Assembly (NCBI GenBank): GCA_034530875.2
Contig: JAVRCJ020000013.1
Coordinates: 1-64,000 of the forward strand
DNA from: Nostoc sp. DedSLP01
Lineage (GTDB): Bacteria; Cyanobacteriota; Cyanobacteriia; Cyanobacteriales; Nostocaceae
Direction: 5' to 3'
DNA length: 64,000 nucleotides
Under the pieces are notes generated by a model. It worked only from the letters and a program-made list of their open reading frames with translations. It was not told where the DNA came from and did no database searches. Of the stretch, positions 62,188 through 64,000 are shown piece after piece. The position numbers and the translations under genes are program-made. Positions within the stretch are counted from its first letter, which is position 1. Every line of letters begins with the position of its first letter.

Positions 62188-62532
62188 ATGAATCCTCAAA
62201 GAGAAGAAGACTTGCAGCGTCGCCTAGACAAGCTAGAGGCAGAGATTAATTCTGTACCGGAAGTGGTTCCGCAATCGCCACAACAAAAACAGACATCCGA
62301 ATTTACTTTTGCTAACTTAAACTTGCAACTTGAGCGATTTCGGATCTGGTTTGGCAGTTTATCAGGGACAAAGAAGCTAGTAGTTGGCGGTGGAGTAGCC
62401 TTATTAGGTTTGGCGATCGTGCAAGCAGTGTTTAAACTTGTTGCATCTGCGATCGCTCTGGCACTTTTAGGAGTGTTAGTGTATCTTGGATACAAATTTT
62501 TTGTGTCTAGTAGCTTTCAACGTAAGCAATAG
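62188..62532 (+). CDS. Hypothetical membrane protein
   Basis: N-terminal coiled coil, two C-terminal hydrophobic helices; GAGG SD. Confidence 0.75.
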   Translation: MNPQREEDLQRRLDKLEAEINSVPEVVPQSPQQKQTSEFTFANLNLQLERFRIWFGSLSGTKKLVVGGGVALLGLAIVQAVFKLVASAIALALLGVLVYLGYKFFVSSSFQRKQ

Positions 62533-62588
62533 TCTATTTGAATTGTGCCAATTAAAGGCGTAGAAATAATGTCAAAGGGAATTATACG

Positions 62589-64000
62589 ATGACGACACCA
62601 ATTGTGAGGAGAAGTAATCAATCTGGTCATTCAAAAGAACCAGAAAGAGCCAATTCGCTGCTGCTAGCAAGCAGACGCTTTGCTGCTTGGGCAGCAGAAA
62701 TCACACTGGTGGTTACCAGTGGATTGATTCCTTTTGGCATTGGTGTCTATGCCAATTCTAGAAGCGATCTCAATCGAGTGCCGCTTAATCATGTACTGGT
62801 GACAACAGAAAGAGCGATCGCCAGGCCATTGGCTTTGCCTGTTAGCTACGGCATTCGTAACGTAGCATGGCCGACTAATTTTTTGTGGGCGATCGCGCTG
62901 ATAGCGCCTGTAACTCTTTCATGGTGGCAATTGTACTTACTGGGTAAGACTGGTAGCACAATTCCCAAACGTTGGTTAGGAGTGCGGGTTGTCAACGAAC
63001 AAGGAACCTCCCCTGGTTTGGGAGCAGTTGTCATTAGAGAAGGAGTTGGTCGTTGGGGCGTACCCATTTCCATTGCTTATTTGCTGTGGCGCTACAGCTT
63101 TGCTTTTCCTAATTTAGGATTATTCACATTTCTGGCTGTGTTAATGGTGCTGGGTGAAGGGATAGCTTTACCGTTCCGTCAAGGGGGACGTCGCGCCTTT
63201 CACGATAAACTTGCAGGGACTTACAGTATAGATGCTACTCGCCCCTTACCATCTTCACTGTTTCCTAACAAACAAGTCCAGGCTGCTAACGATAGCGATG
63301 TCACAGAGGAATCGCAGCAGCCAAATGCAGAATTAGCAGCAGCGCCAGCAACTAAGACACCTCGTCTATGGCGGCGGATACAGCAAAACCCGAATCTGGC
63401 TTTGTTTGGAGTAGGGCTGACAAGCATGACTGCTGTGTTGGCAACTTTAATAGGTACTCAAGTTTATATCCAAATTCAACAATCTCAGCGAACAACTAAG
63501 CAAATTAACGGCCAACAGTTTCTCGAAATTGTCAAACAATTGAGTCCTGATTCTGGCGCTACCAATGAGCAGCGGCAAAGCGCAATTTTAGCGTTGGGCG
63601 GTCTCAAAGACCAACAGTCGATTCAATTTCTTGCGGATCTCTTGGTGAAAGAAACCAACCCCAGCCTTTTGGATACGATTCAACAAGCTTTGACAAGTGT
63701 TGGGCCCGCAGCAATCCCCGAATTAAAAAATAAGAATCAGTTTCTGGTAAGCGAACTAGAATCATTAAGTAGTAGTGCAACCCCAGAACGCGAAGTACGA
63801 CAAGGGCGGCTACAAAAAAACCAGCAAACAATCAATAAAATTCTTTCTGTTTTCACTGGAAAAGTTGAAGGTGTTGACCTGAGTCGCATCCAATTAGGTC
63901 AAAACGGTACTCCAGGCAGTTCTTTATTCACTTTGTCGCTAGATGGTATCGATTTGTCAGGAGTGAAATTAAAATCTGCAAATCTCAACCAAGCTAGTTT
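62589..64000 (+). CDS. hglK: RDD-domain/pentapeptide-repeat protein, HglK-like, 3'-truncated (absent from the ORF track)
   Basis: ATG 62589: MTTPIVRRSNQ...RRFAAWAAE...GSTIPKRWLGVRVV...RRAFHDKLAGT (RDD pattern). Pentapeptides IDLSG VKLKS ANLNQ begin at the window edge. Confidence 0.75.
   Translation, partial: MTTPIVRRSNQSGHSKEPERANSLLLASRRFAAWAAEITLVVTSGLIPFGIGVYANSRSDLNRVPLNHVLVTTERAIARPLALPVSYGIRNVAWPTNFLWAIALIAPVTLSWWQLYLLGKTGSTIPKRWLGVRVVNEQGTSPGLGAVVIREGVGRWGVPISIAYLLWRYSFAFPNLGLFTFLAVLMVLGEGIALPFRQGGRRAFHDKLAGTYSIDATRPLPSSLFPNKQVQAANDSDVTEESQQPNAELAAAPATKTPRLWRRIQQNPNLALFGVGLTSMTAVLATLIGTQVYIQIQQSQRTTKQINGQQFLEIVKQLSPDSGATNEQRQSAILALGGLKDQQSIQFLADLLVKETNPSLLDTIQQALTSVGPAAIPELKNKNQFLVSELESLSSSATPEREVRQGRLQKNQQTINKILSVFTGKVEGVDLSRIQLGQNGTPGSSLFTLSLDGIDLSGVKLKSANLNQAS

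Noticed and set aside
838..63831. Other short ORFs nested in or antisense to long genes
   Set aside because: Shadow frames of well-supported CDSs with no independent signals.

Overview
64 kb of chromosome from a heterocyst-forming (Nostocales-type) cyanobacterium. Support: frequent HIP1 octamers (GCGATCGC), heptamer tandem repeats (STRR), apcF-glnA-gifA, petB-petD, ctpA, cp12 and an hglK-like gene at the right edge. No rRNA, tRNA, CRISPR array, transposase or integrase was seen. The most notable accessory loci are: (1) a pqqABCDE operon whose precursor has an intact PqqA core but at least 54-63 aa, preceded by a 22-bp tandem repeat and with no protease or quinoprotein gene in the window; (2) a galactoside cluster (GH2, galT, galK) coupled to an M24-fold protein that appears to lack its metal ligands, a cupin and an Fe/2OG dioxygenase, split by a stand-alone divergent psaB and a dead VapBC module; (3) an EamA exporter, aminotransferase, cystathionine beta-synthase and amidase cluster; (4) an orphan Nif11-leader peptide with no double-Gly site. 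Small mobile repeats have altered coding sequence here, including a 21-nt insert that splits a HIP1-like site inside a kinase PAC motif. All assignments come from motif recognition by eye; no database search was run.
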